This document shows, in pieces, positions 28,003 to 37,795 of a DNA stretch of 64,000 nt. Where the stretch lies: the NCBI GenBank assembly GCA_016183565.1, contig JACPEJ010000001.1:614479-678478 (forward strand), read 5' to 3'. Below the pieces are notes generated by a model. That model was not told the DNA's origin. It worked only from the letters and a program-made list of their open reading frames with translations, and searched no databases. Source of the stretch: Candidatus Blackburnbacteria bacterium (GTDB lineage Bacteria > Patescibacteriota > Microgenomatia > UBA8517 > UBA10165). Positions within the stretch are counted from its first letter, which is position 1. Each line of letters opens with the position of its first letter. The translations under genes and the position numbers were made by a program.

Positions 28003-28803
28003 ATGGCTGGTCTACAAGAAAGACTACGCCGATGTTTTCTCGGTGAACCACAGCAGCCGCCCATAAAAAGACTTCGCCCTCCGTCTGGCCTTCCCGGCGG
28101 ATCTTCTCTAGCTGATCAAGTACGACTTGCAGTTGAAGCGGCTCTAGCCCAACAAGAAGAATCGCGTAGACAAACAATCGCCGAACAGCAAAGAGTTGTT
28201 GCAGAACAAGAAAGAATCGAGAGAGAAAAAAAAGAGCAAATACATCGTCACGAAGAGGAAATAAAAATTGCCTTGCAAAATGGATTCTGTACTCTGGGTG
28301 TATCAGAAACACTCCGAGATGTACAACAAAATATCTGGAAAGCCGGAGAAGTGACTAGCCAACAACTTTGTCGGATTTCTGTTGATTCGGGAGATATTTG
28401 GGTAGATCTAGTCTTTGAATATCCTACTGCTACAACAGGTGCGTATACAGTACATACCGGTCTTTATTCTAGTGATACTAGATATAGTCCCTCTATTTAC
28501 ATGATGTCGACATTCTTTAGAATTGCACTTAACGCAAAGAGAGAAGATGACCAAATTATCTTAAGATATGGTGAAACAATAGTTACTCCAGACGAAGATG
28601 GGAAAACATTGTTCCAACAGCTGTTACAACAAGATATAGTAGAGGACACTAGGCAGAGATTCCTCAACGGAGAACTACCTTTGTCCAAATTGGTAGCAAA
28701 AGGTCAAATGCAAATATCTGAAGCGGTGTACATTGCAAGAAAGCATCACGAACCGATAGAAGATAAGACTAACACAGGAAATATAGTAAAAAAGTGGGGT
28801 TAA
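28003..28803 (+). CDS. Hypothetical coiled-coil protein
   Basis: Long ORF; start placed at MAGLQE after TTGACT...TAGAAT, because the upstream part of the ORF is REP sequence. Confidence 0.6.
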   Translation: MAGLQERLRRCFLGEPQQPPIKRLRPPSGLPGGSSLADQVRLAVEAALAQQEESRRQTIAEQQRVVAEQERIEREKKEQIHRHEEEIKIALQNGFCTLGVSETLRDVQQNIWKAGEVTSQQLCRISVDSGDIWVDLVFEYPTATTGAYTVHTGLYSSDTRYSPSIYMMSTFFRIALNAKREDDQIILRYGETIVTPDEDGKTLFQQLLQQDIVEDTRQRFLNGELPLSKLVAKGQMQISEAVYIARKHHEPIEDKTNTGNIVKKWG

Positions 28804-28823
28804 ATTGATTAAATCCTATACGT

Positions 28824-29441
28824 ATGGTCTCATGGGTTGAAGCAGCCAGAAGTGTAATTCGAAGAAGGCGAAAGGAAATACTGCTCTTCCATAACACTCG
28901 TTTTAATAGAAAAGAAAGACACTTTTTGATAACACTTCTTAGACGTGTCGATGATACCAAAAATAACACATTCCCCCACATAGAGTTTTTGGCTCTTCTT
29001 GTTGGTGGCACTGTCACAGGCATTCACAAGAAACCTCCAGAAGAAAGAGATTTAGATATTGTTATTAATTTTTCTGCTGAAACAGGGAGTAGAGAAAGGC
29101 TTTCTTTGATTTGCGAAATAGAACAATGCATCACTCAAGTGCTTTGCGCAGCAGGTTTAGCTTATGTTCAACACTCAGGTACCTTAGGACCAGTATCAAA
29201 CGGATTTGAGAATTATAAAGGATGGGCTTTGATCGAATTGGAGTTCGAAGGTAAAAAACACCCTGTCATGTCATTACTGGACGGCGTGCCAGAACTAAGG
29301 TTTGTTACAACCAAACCCCGGGGGGCAAGACCATTTGACATTATTATCCCAGGTCTCGATTACCTTGATATGGATACTCAATTAGAATTACTTGTCAACG
29401 AAGGCAAAGCCTTTGAAATCCTTTACGACTCCAGAAAGTAA
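28824..29441 (+). CDS. Hypothetical protein with a pol-beta nucleotidyltransferase-like motif
   Basis: LLVGGT...RDLDIV, plus a downstream FDI third acidic residue. Confidence 0.5.
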   Translation: MVSWVEAARSVIRRRRKEILLFHNTRFNRKERHFLITLLRRVDDTKNNTFPHIEFLALLVGGTVTGIHKKPPEERDLDIVINFSAETGSRERLSLICEIEQCITQVLCAAGLAYVQHSGTLGPVSNGFENYKGWALIELEFEGKKHPVMSLLDGVPELRFVTTKPRGARPFDIIIPGLDYLDMDTQLELLVNEGKAFEILYDSRK

Positions 29442-29509
29442 AGGTGAAGCCTTCAACTGCCCTCTCTACTTGTCCCATATACCTTATTTATGCTAAACTT
29501 CAATTTGCA

Positions 29510-29680
29510 ATGGCACCATTACCGAAGAGAAGACATACTAAATCAAGAACGGGCAAAAGACGAGCAAATAAGAAGCTCTTGTTGCCTAATTTATCCGCTT
29601 GTCCTTCATGTAAGAAGCTAAAAAGGCCGCATATGATTTGCCCACATTGTGGTTATTATGGTAAAGGCAATAGGCAATAG
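29510..29680 (+). CDS. rpmF: 50S ribosomal protein L32
   Basis: MAPLPKRR..K.R...CPSC...H..CPHCGYY. Confidence 0.95.
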   Translation: MAPLPKRRHTKSRTGKRRANKKLLLPNLSACPSCKKLKRPHMICPHCGYYGKGNRQ

Positions 29681-29695
29681 GAGCCTATTATTTCC

Positions 29696-30079
29696 ATGAA
29701 GGCAGCTAATGATCCCCGACACCAAAGACGCAGAAATGCTGTACGAGAACTCTTTGCAGTTTCCTTCAATAAAAACCAGACAGTAAGTGATTTGGCTCGG
29801 GAAATTACCAGACAAGAAGATCAACTTGATGGATTGATCTCAATAAATGCTCCAGAATGGCCTCTTGATAAATTGAACAGGGTGGACTTGGCAATTTTAC
29901 AGTTAGCGGTTTACGAGTTGACTATTGAGAAGAAAGAGCCGGTGAAGGTGGTTATTGATGAAGCGGTTGAATTGGCAAAAGAAATGGGTAGTGAGAATTC
30001 TCCTGGTTTTGTAAACGGAGTATTGGGTAGTATTGTTAAGGGGCAGTCTAGTGAGGGGAGTGAGAAACAAAATGGATAG
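29696..30079 (+). CDS. nusB: Transcription antitermination factor NusB
   Basis: DLAIL.LAVYEL, VVIDEAVELAK and FVNGVLG motifs. Confidence 0.95.
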   Translation: MKAANDPRHQRRRNAVRELFAVSFNKNQTVSDLAREITRQEDQLDGLISINAPEWPLDKLNRVDLAILQLAVYELTIEKKEPVKVVIDEAVELAKEMGSENSPGFVNGVLGSIVKGQSSEGSEKQNG

Positions 30080-30770
30080 CCCAAATGAACAACCATCAGT
30101 TGAACAAAGACTAGGTATTACCTTTAAGGACAAAGGTCTTCTTCATCGTGCTTTTGTGCATCGCTCGTACCTTAACGAAAATAAAAATGAAACAGAATCA
30201 AACGAGAGGTTGGAATTTTTAGGGGATGCTGTTTTAGAGTTTGTTGTGTCCGAGCATCTTTTTGTGAAATTCCCGAATCAAGATGAGGGGCATTTGACAG
30301 CTTTGAGATCAAGATTGGTGAACACAACTTCTCTTGCTGAAACTGCAAGGGAACTGGGCGCAGGGGAGGCTCTTTTCCTTTCGCGCGGTGAGGAACAAAG
30401 CGGAGGTCGTACAAATCGAACGCTTCTTGCAAACACATTAGAGGCAATCATTGGGGCCATTTTTATAGACCAGGGTGTAGGGAGTGCTCGTGATTTTATA
30501 GATCGGTTTATAATCAAAAAGATTCCTGAGACGATGAAGACTTCTCTTAAGGATCCAAAGAGTTTGTTACAAGAGTTTGTACAAGCAAATAGTTATCCGG
30601 CTCCAATTTACAGGGTTCTTTCGGAAGAAGGTCCAGATCATGCTAAAGAATTCACCGTTGAGGTTTGGATTGACAAGAAACCCTATGCTATTGGACGCGG
30701 ATCGAGTAAAAAAACAGCAACACAGAGCGCTGCCGAGGAAGCTTTGAAGATTTGGAACCACGGGAAGTAA
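30072..30770 (+). CDS. rnc: Ribonuclease III
   Basis: NERLEFLGDAVL signature; dsRBD. Confidence 0.97.
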   Translation: MDSPNEQPSVEQRLGITFKDKGLLHRAFVHRSYLNENKNETESNERLEFLGDAVLEFVVSEHLFVKFPNQDEGHLTALRSRLVNTTSLAETARELGAGEALFLSRGEEQSGGRTNRTLLANTLEAIIGAIFIDQGVGSARDFIDRFIIKKIPETMKTSLKDPKSLLQEFVQANSYPAPIYRVLSEEGPDHAKEFTVEVWIDKKPYAIGRGSSKKTATQSAAEEALKIWNHGK

Positions 30771-30811
30771 ACTTTTGCCTCCTGTAATTACTTTGTGGTA
30801 AAATACTTACC

Positions 30812-31036
30812 ATGTTAGCTATACGACTAATGCAGACGGGGAAAAAGCACGATCGACACTACAGAATTGTAGTTGCTGAGAAGCGTTCAAAGCGCGATGG
30901 TAAGATGGTTGCACAGGTTGGTTATTGGAGTCCGCGTGAGAAAAAATTATCTGTAGATCAAAAGAAGTATCAACTTTGGATAACTAAAGGAGCTCAGCCA
31001 ACTCAGACTGTGAGAAAACTCATCAGGTTAATTTGA
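30812..31036 (+). CDS. rpsP: 30S ribosomal protein S16
   Basis: YRIVVA..RSKRDG and GAQPT.TV motifs. Confidence 0.95.
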   Translation: MLAIRLMQTGKKHDRHYRIVVAEKRSKRDGKMVAQVGYWSPREKKLSVDQKKYQLWITKGAQPTQTVRKLIRLI

Positions 31037-31038
31037 CC

Positions 31039-31272
31039 ATGGAAGAACTTCTAAAATATATAACAACTCAGATAACTGGAAATGAGGACATTGCCATTGA
31101 TGAGTCGGAGTCAGATGGAATTAGAATTTATACGATTAAAGCTCCTAAAGAGGTGATGGGTTTATTGATAGGCAAAGAAGGTCGTACTATCCGCGCCATA
31201 CGGCTTCTTGCCCGGGCACGTGCTATTAAAGAAAAAACAAATATTCGGGTTGAACTTCAAGAGCGAGACTAA
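31039..31272 (+). CDS. khpA: KH-domain RNA-binding protein
   Basis: MGLLIGKEGRTIRAIR; follows rpsP. Confidence 0.9.
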   Translation: MEELLKYITTQITGNEDIAIDESESDGIRIYTIKAPKEVMGLLIGKEGRTIRAIRLLARARAIKEKTNIRVELQERD

Positions 31273-31316
31273 GAGATACAGACACAGATATAGATACAGA
31301 AAGCACAGATTGGGAT

Positions 31317-32003
31317 CTACTGTGTGAAGGGGTTTTCCCTACCTTCTGGACTGAGAGGAGTAAGAGCTTCGGAGGACTTTTTCTCAAGCTGGCTTAGTTG
31401 TTTTAATACCTCTTTTTCAGCGTTGGTTATATTTTCAAAAGACTGGTCCGCGGGGGGGAGTTTATCTGGCAATTTGCTCCAAAAAGCCGAGAGGCCAAGT
31501 TTTAGACTGACATTGTCGTTTGAGCCATCCATTCTGATATCTGAAATTTGGATTAGCGGTGCAGATTTTTGAAGACGTCTTAAAAACGACAAAATATTAG
31601 GTAATGGTCCTTGTAGATCAAAAGTTAGACTAACTGTTTTTAGTTTAGATTGATTTGTATTGCCACTTGCGGATTCCAGTTCTTTGACTTGAATATTTTC
31701 TTTTAATGCAAGATCGCGGATGCTGGAACTTCCGAAAAGTGTAGGATCTTCGTCGGGAATCGCAAGGACTGAGGCATTAACATTTGAGACGAGTTCGTTT
31801 TGTTTTAGAGAAGAAAGCACTTCTTTTTTATTTTTAAGCATAATGTTTTTTTCGTTGGCTTCGTTAATAGCAGTCCTTGCGTCAAGAAGTTTGGTAACCA
31901 TACTACGCGTGAGAGTTGTGGACAAAATTACTACAACCAGAAGAACTATGAGAGGCAGCACAAGAGGTTTATGTTCAGCTGGAATCGAAAAATCAAGTTT
32001 CAT
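31317..32003 (-). CDS. PilO-like type IV pilus alignment protein
   Basis: TM plus coiled coil; C-terminal GRENPF; follows pilM/pilN. Confidence 0.7.
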   Translation of the reverse strand: MKLDFSIPAEHKPLVLPLIVLLVVVILSTTLTRSMVTKLLDARTAINEANEKNIMLKNKKEVLSSLKQNELVSNVNASVLAIPDEDPTLFGSSSIRDLALKENIQVKELESASGNTNQSKLKTVSLTFDLQGPLPNILSFLRRLQKSAPLIQISDIRMDGSNDNVSLKLGLSAFWSKLPDKLPPADQSFENITNAEKEVLKQLSQLEKKSSEALTPLSPEGRENPFTQ

Positions 32004-32005
32004 GT

Positions 32006-32545
32006 TTATTTAATTCTTAATGAAATGTTGTAGTTTCCACTAGTTCCCAAAGATATGCTTTCTAAATCAACTGTCGCAAATTGTTTGCTCTTTAAGACTT
32101 CAATAAGTTTGGTTACTGCCTCGGAATCTTGTGCTTTTAAGCTTAGCTTAATTCCTCCACCTTCTGTGTCAGCGCTTGTTGCTGAGACTGAGGATGGTAG
32201 GGAAGTAACAACATCGTCCAATAGTTTTCCCGGGGAGGAGGGTGAATCAGAAATAATTGTTTTTGCCAACCCTGCCCGGTTTTTTGCAGCTTGAACTAAA
32301 CCTTCGATTTTTCCTAACTTACTAATATCTTGCACCAGGGCTTGTTGAGTGGAGTCAACTTCGGCTTTTTTTCTACCAACAAAAATTTGCAGACCTGCGA
32401 GAACTAGTATAAGAAAAACATACACAAATAAAACTGCCAAGCTTGTACGAGTTACTTTGTTTATAATCTTCTTTTGCTTTGACTCACCTTGGTTTGTAAG
32501 AAGATTAATTTTGTCGGTAGCAGTTTTAGTTGTTCCTGGTGCCAT
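32006..32545 (-). CDS. PilN-like protein
   Basis: INLL motif followed by a TM helix. Confidence 0.8.
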   Translation of the reverse strand: MAPGTTKTATDKINLLTNQGESKQKKIINKVTRTSLAVLFVYVFLILVLAGLQIFVGRKKAEVDSTQQALVQDISKLGKIEGLVQAAKNRAGLAKTIISDSPSSPGKLLDDVVTSLPSSVSATSADTEGGGIKLSLKAQDSEAVTKLIEVLKSKQFATVDLESISLGTSGNYNISLRIK

Positions 32546-32552
32546 GGCAGCT

Positions 32553-33572
32553 TTATTCTTGCGCTAATCCTATCGCTACGCCATAAAGTGGCGCAAAGGC
32601 AGCAAAGGTTTTCTCTATTCTCCCATCTTTTGCTATTTTGGAGAAAGGATCTCCGATTACAACTTCCATACCTAGGATATTAGCCAAAAATGGTACTACT
32701 TCCGGCATTCCAGCTGTACCGCCAGTTAATATTAGGGAGCTTATTGAATTGTTATCGCCGGCTTCGGTTTTGTAATACTGAATTGCTTTTTTAACCTCGT
32801 CTGCTATAACCCGTAAGACTGGGCTAAGTGCTTCGGCAACTTTGCCTTCTGCGGTACCAGTGTTTAGACCATAGGCTTTTTTATATTCTTCAGCTTGCTG
32901 TATGTTCATGCCAAGGGAAGATGCAACAGCTCTTGTTAAAGCTTCGCCTCCAGTTGGAACGGAATGACTTATTACAAGTTGACCATCTCTGACAATTGCA
33001 ACAGAGCTTGAAGTTGCGCCAAAATCCGCAACTACGACTGTTTGGCCTTTTGGAGCAATAGCGCGTACAAGTGCCAGGAGTTCTGTCTCAACCATGGTAA
33101 CTGTTAGACCAGCAAGAGTTGCAACTTTGGCATATTTTTGAACTAGAGTTTTAGGGGCAGCTACCAAAAGTACTTCCACACCGCCAGGTTTGTTACCTTG
33201 GGGTTCTGTTCTGCCTATGACTTGGTAGTCAATACTGGCTTCAGCAACAGGAATTGGGATATAAGGTTCAGCTTGCCAAGAAATTGCTGAATCAATTTCT
33301 TTATCGGTAAGATAGGGGAGTTTGATAAATGGAGTAAATACCTTGTTTTCCGGTAATGCTACGTTAACGTTTCGTACGGTGGCTTTAATTTCTGTAAAAA
33401 GTTTTTTGACAGCTTCAGCTACTAGCCCCAGGTCTTGTTCGGTAGCTGATGGCACATCGGCAACGGGGGAAGATGTAATACCTGCTGCCAGAAGAGAATA
33501 TTTGTCACCAGCTTTTTCAAGCTGGACTAGTTTGATTGATTTGGAACCTATATCAAGTCCTAGGATGGGCAT
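32553..33572 (-). CDS. pilM: Type IV pilus assembly protein PilM
   Basis: GLDIGSKSIK, DFGA and LTGG actin-fold motifs. Confidence 0.93.
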   Translation of the reverse strand: MPILGLDIGSKSIKLVQLEKAGDKYSLLAAGITSSPVADVPSATEQDLGLVAEAVKKLFTEIKATVRNVNVALPENKVFTPFIKLPYLTDKEIDSAISWQAEPYIPIPVAEASIDYQVIGRTEPQGNKPGGVEVLLVAAPKTLVQKYAKVATLAGLTVTMVETELLALVRAIAPKGQTVVVADFGATSSSVAIVRDGQLVISHSVPTGGEALTRAVASSLGMNIQQAEEYKKAYGLNTGTAEGKVAEALSPVLRVIADEVKKAIQYYKTEAGDNNSISSLILTGGTAGMPEVVPFLANILGMEVVIGDPFSKIAKDGRIEKTFAAFAPLYGVAIGLAQE

Positions 33573-33582
33573 GGCAGGGAAC

Positions 33583-34491
33583 TTACTTTGTTATTGATCC
33601 TGAGCCGGAAAAGATACTAAAGTCAAAAACTGGTGGGAGATCGGCATATAATCTGTTAACAATTATTTTTCTATTAGCATCTCCGGCAGTACCAACTGAC
33701 TCTATTTTAGTACCTTGTTGGGGTAAAACGCTACCATTGTTTTGGGAGAAGTTGACTGAAACTCCGAAGGGGTGATCCCCACCAATGTTATAGAGCATGC
33801 GCAAGCGTATTTGATATGGACCTGTTGTGGAATTTGCACTTGGCCTTGCAGTAACACCCAGGGAACTTAGATCAATTTCTTTGCTAAAGGCAAATTGTTT
33901 TCCGTCGAGCGAGCAGGCTCCATCAGCAGCAGTAAATCTGTTGTCGTTAGTGCGAGAACTGTTTGGGTCAAAGGCAAGACGCGCAATTTTTGCCGTTGCA
34001 AAATTTCCTCCGGAGCTGAGATAGAACACGCTTGTTTCCAAGGCTGGGGTTGTAGGGTCTGAGGCAGAAGTATTAGGATCGCCCCAACAAACTTTTATGC
34101 GGGTACCTGTAAAACAATGATTTGAGCCATCACAAATAATGTTGTTACTTGAGTCGTGGGCTACTAACCACACTGCTCCGGATTCGCCAGAATCTAAGCG
34201 AAGTGGGACTGCAAAGTCTAACGCCCCTTGCGCAAGGCCTGTTGGTTGAGCTTGGTACGTAGCTCCGGTTGACGCAAGTGACCCGGATATAATTCCACCA
34301 GTCCCAGAAATTAATGCTTTTTCAATGCCGGCCTCTGCTGCTGAGAAGGCCCTTAATGCCTCTTCTTCTTTTCTTGAGACTGTGATGTCAGTTATGGAGC
34401 GAGAAACAACTGACAAGGCAATTGTCAGAACAACCGACATTATGAGAAGGACTACAATTAAAGCTTGGCCAGATTCTTTTCTTTTGTGCAC
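33583..34491 (-). CDS. PilX/PilK-like minor pilin
   Basis: SGQAL + hydrophobic helix + AFSAAEAGIE. Confidence 0.8.
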   Translation of the reverse strand: MHKRKESGQALIVVLLIMSVVLTIALSVVSRSITDITVSRKEEEALRAFSAAEAGIEKALISGTGGIISGSLASTGATYQAQPTGLAQGALDFAVPLRLDSGESGAVWLVAHDSSNNIICDGSNHCFTGTRIKVCWGDPNTSASDPTTPALETSVFYLSSGGNFATAKIARLAFDPNSSRTNDNRFTAADGACSLDGKQFAFSKEIDLSSLGVTARPSANSTTGPYQIRLRMLYNIGGDHPFGVSVNFSQNNGSVLPQQGTKIESVGTAGDANRKIIVNRLYADLPPVFDFSIFSGSGSITK

Positions 34492-34626
34492 TGCACTTCA
34501 AATGTAACAGCAAGACTCGAGTAATGTCAATGCAATTGAAAATTTTGTTAGAAAACTTCGTTAGCGATTGACTTTTTTGCGGCAAATTATTAATATCTTA
34601 AACAAACAATTTTAAATTCCAAAACT

Positions 34627-35280
34627 ATGGGGAGTCGCTTTGAGATCGAACAAAAATTAGGTACTCCATTAGGAGAAAGAGGTAGTGACCGGAAAAGTGT
34701 AGCTCAAGCATTTCGGAAAAAAGGCTTGGCAGGTTTAAATCCTACTTCAATATCAAGATTGAAAGCAGGTATGATATCAGGAGAGAGAACTAATTGGAGA
34801 TTAGATGCTTCAAGAGTTCTAGAAGAAGATAATGCTGGCTTAAAAAATCTATTTTATGAGCAGATTGCTCAGGTAGGAGTTTCTGAAAGAAGATTTAATA
34901 CATCTCCCCAAAGAGCCCATATGTTAAAATCGGATCATTTCGTAGAAGATGTAGCAAGGGCTCTTGAACAAGATCCACAAGTTGTCAGGCGCTCTATTAG
35001 AGGTATGAGAGTGGACATGGTATTGGCTCAAGCTAGTTCTCCAAATACTACCCTACTCAGACAGTTTTTCGAGATAGCAGAGCGCCTTATTGACCATAAT
35101 TATAGACTCCCACCGAGTATGCGTTCACCAAGCGTGAATATATTAGATCAAGTTTGGGATCATGCAACGAGTGAGATAGTTGGATCAACAGGCATCGAGA
35201 TAGATGAAGGAGTTATAGAACAACACCGAAATATTCTTGTATATGGTCGTCCAGCCTATCACTCAAGCAGTAGGCAATGA
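34627..35280 (+). CDS. Hypothetical orphan protein, antisense within the pilus locus
   Basis: 217-aa ORF with an upstream TTGACT...TAATAT promoter-like site. Confidence 0.6.
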   Translation: MGSRFEIEQKLGTPLGERGSDRKSVAQAFRKKGLAGLNPTSISRLKAGMISGERTNWRLDASRVLEEDNAGLKNLFYEQIAQVGVSERRFNTSPQRAHMLKSDHFVEDVARALEQDPQVVRRSIRGMRVDMVLAQASSPNTTLLRQFFEIAERLIDHNYRLPPSMRSPSVNILDQVWDHATSEIVGSTGIEIDEGVIEQHRNILVYGRPAYHSSSRQ

Positions 35281-35492
35281 TTATTAAACAGGGGTGTCCA
35301 GCTACTCACGCAACGCAACACTTGATACTATGATTCGAATCATGGAAAAGGAGGAAAGAGGAAATCTTTTCTCAACTGATTTGTCTACTTCTACAACGCA
35401 CCAGATTATCTGAAACACTGATATACCGATACACCGATTTGCCGATCCACTAACACTCCGGCACACCGAGTTCTCTGACCCCCTAAGTAACT

Positions 35493-35984
35493 TCAATTCC
35501 TCAACAACACCCTCGTCCTTAAATTTAAGGACGATCGTTCCTCGACCCGGAGAGAAGAACCGGTTTTTTCTGAGAGTGTCATATTTATAAGAACTGCCTT
35601 GGGGTCATTTGAGGGATCACATGTTATGGAGCAGGAGGAAACCAAAACATCACTTGATGTTAACGTATCGCTTCCTGAAGTCACCCGACCATTATTGGTT
35701 CCAATGTCTATACAAGAGAAGGTGGTTGTGGTACCGAGAGGGTTTTTGTAGGTAACAATCTTTTCTGTAGCTTCACAGGAAATAGAGCGAGCATTGTGTA
35801 GTTGTCTCTCCATTGTTGAGATAACGTTTTCTCCATCTCTTTTTACTTTTGCAGTAACTTCACTTTTAGAGGCGCCCTTAAGAGCCGAGAACAGCATTTG
35901 GTTTGCAACCACTAGCACAATACCAAAGATTGTGATTACGACAAGGATTTCTATGAGGGTGAAGCCGTACTTTTTCGTTATCAT
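35493..35984 (-). CDS. Minor pilin (PilW-like)
   Basis: GFTLIE prepilin motif. Confidence 0.85.
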   Translation of the reverse strand: MITKKYGFTLIEILVVITIFGIVLVVANQMLFSALKGASKSEVTAKVKRDGENVISTMERQLHNARSISCEATEKIVTYKNPLGTTTTFSCIDIGTNNGRVTSGSDTLTSSDVLVSSCSITCDPSNDPKAVLINMTLSEKTGSSLRVEERSSLNLRTRVLLRN

Positions 35985-36409
35985 TTTTTCCAGTTAGTTA
36001 AGATCGTAGAAGTTCTTGATTCGTGTGTTCCGCGGCTGTCAGTCCACCCTACTTTTACATCAATCTGCACAGTATCATTGTCAATCCTGGTAAGGGTTGC
36101 TTCGCGTATAAAGGTATCTGCAATTTTGGAGGATTGGGGACAGTTGCCGCTAATGTTTAGAGTTAGAGTTTGCATGCATCGTACCGAACCATCTGCTTTT
36201 GAATAAATATTGTCCCAACCGCCATCTCTTTGCTGCCTGATCCATTCAACTGCTTCTTGACTGTACTTGTTTGCTTGGGCTTCACTTTGCGAAAAGCTAC
36301 TATTGCGGACAGAGAACGTTACGATGCTTACAATTCCTGTTATCAAAAGAGCAAGAACTCCTATGACAACTACCATTTCAATCAAAGTTTGACCGTGCTC
36401 TTTCTTCAT
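35981..36409 (-). CDS. Minor pilin (PilV-like)
   Basis: GQTLIE prepilin motif; V.V.W motif. Confidence 0.85.
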   Translation of the reverse strand: MKKEHGQTLIEMVVVIGVLALLITGIVSIVTFSVRNSSFSQSEAQANKYSQEAVEWIRQQRDGGWDNIYSKADGSVRCMQTLTLNISGNCPQSSKIADTFIREATLTRIDNDTVQIDVKVGWTDSRGTHESRTSTILTNWKK

Positions 36410-36879
36410 TGTCTTTCTAAAACTCCTTCCTTGCTTAAGGTAGCACTTATGGATCGACCAGAAGATGGCTGGTTAAGTTGAATAGTTAGGTTGCCGGAGA
36501 GATCAGTCCCTTGGGCTAAAACTTTAAAGAGAACCGTGGTTGGAGATGCAGAAAGAGTAATTCCTCCCGGTAAGGTAAATGTTCTGTTTGCAGACTGGAC
36601 AGTTCCCTGACAAACTGCGGCAACTGATAAATTGCCTGAATTCAGAGTAACCCTGTACCCATCAAGTGTATTTGTTCCACAACTTGTTGGCTTTTCGCCA
36701 GAAAGTGCAAATTGGCGGGCAAGGTTTAAATTTGAACGGAGTTCTTTGTATGAATTTTCCAAGGTTTGTCGTCTTGAAAACTCACGATAGCTTGCATAGC
36801 CACCAAAAAATAGAATGGTGGCGATCATAATGGCGATGAGGACCTCGATTAGGGTAAACCCCCTGTGTTTCCATTTCAT
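36406..36879 (-). CDS. Minor pilin (FimT/GspH-like)
   Basis: GFTLIE; ATGA overlap with the upstream gene sets the start at 36879. Confidence 0.85.
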   Translation of the reverse strand: MKWKHRGFTLIEVLIAIMIATILFFGGYASYREFSRRQTLENSYKELRSNLNLARQFALSGEKPTSCGTNTLDGYRVTLNSGNLSVAAVCQGTVQSANRTFTLPGGITLSASPTTVLFKVLAQGTDLSGNLTIQLNQPSSGRSISATLSKEGVLERQ

Positions 36880-37334
36880 GGATTCGTTACTTTGTAGTTG
36901 CAGGTGGAAGTACCGCAATTTTCATTACTCCCATTGCAGTTAACAGTGCCAGATCCTTTTTCCAAATAAGCACAAAGATTGTAGGTTTTTTGGTCACCTG
37001 AGGCGTAGTATTGATATTGATACGAACCACCAGTTAATGGGTCAGCAGGAATAGATGAGAGATAGGTATTTGAGCTTGAACATGTAGATGGTGAACCATC
37101 CCCTACCAGTGGTTGCCCTGCTACAACGGCGCTTCTTGCTGGATAATCTCCGCAGTCGGTTCTGTAGATTTCTAACGCCGAGCGAATTTGTTCTAGGTCT
37201 CCTCTTCTTCTTGCATCTCGCCCCGATTTCCTAACAGAGCTATAAGCAACAGCAGAAAGCCCTATCAAGATACCTATAATAGTGATAACTACAAGAATTT
37301 CGATGAAGGTGAAACCACTTTTTTTCTTTATCAT
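36876..37334 (-). CDS. GspG-like pilin
   Basis: GFTFIE; RDARRRGDL...ALE.Y...YP. Confidence 0.88.
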   Translation of the reverse strand: MIKKKSGFTFIEILVVITIIGILIGLSAVAYSSVRKSGRDARRRGDLEQIRSALEIYRTDCGDYPARSAVVAGQPLVGDGSPSTCSSSNTYLSSIPADPLTGGSYQYQYYASGDQKTYNLCAYLEKGSGTVNCNGSNENCGTSTCNYKVTNP

Positions 37335-37795
37335 ATTGGGCAGCTCCCTCCTGAGACCGAAAAGCCTGTTTGCGATTTTTCACCAGATTTGCCATTAGAA
37401 CACATGACCCAGTAATTAGTCTTTGACTGGAGTTTTGCCCACAGAACCCAGCTTAAACCATTAGCATCCGATTGGTAGCTGTATTGATATGTATTGTCCT
37501 CAGTATATTTTTTATCCTCTAAGCACCCTGACATGTAAGACTCGAGTGGCCCACTGCCACTACACAGAGTATATGCTTTCACTGTTGTCGCTCTGACAGG
37601 GTAGAGTGAGCTGTTCTCTGCTGAATAATTCTCAAGTGCTACTTGATATTGCTTGATATCATTTTTGCGATTTGTGTCATTGCCTTTTTTAATTTGGGCA
37701 ACCGGATCAAATACAGAAATAAGCGTTGCTACTAGAATGCCAATAATTGTTATAACGATTAGGATTTCTACTAGGGTAAAGCCACGTTTATTCAT
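37331..37795 (-). CDS. GspG-like pilin
   Basis: GFTLVE; D..RK.D...ALE.Y. Confidence 0.88.
   Translation of the reverse strand: MNKRGFTLVEILIVITIIGILVATLISVFDPVAQIKKGNDTNRKNDIKQYQVALENYSAENSSLYPVRATTVKAYTLCSGSGPLESYMSGCLEDKKYTEDNTYQYSYQSDANGLSWVLWAKLQSKTNYWVMCSNGKSGEKSQTGFSVSGGSCPI

Noticed and set aside
35302-35496. 64-aa ORF downstream of the minor pilin
   Set aside because: TTG start, no pilin motif, atypical composition
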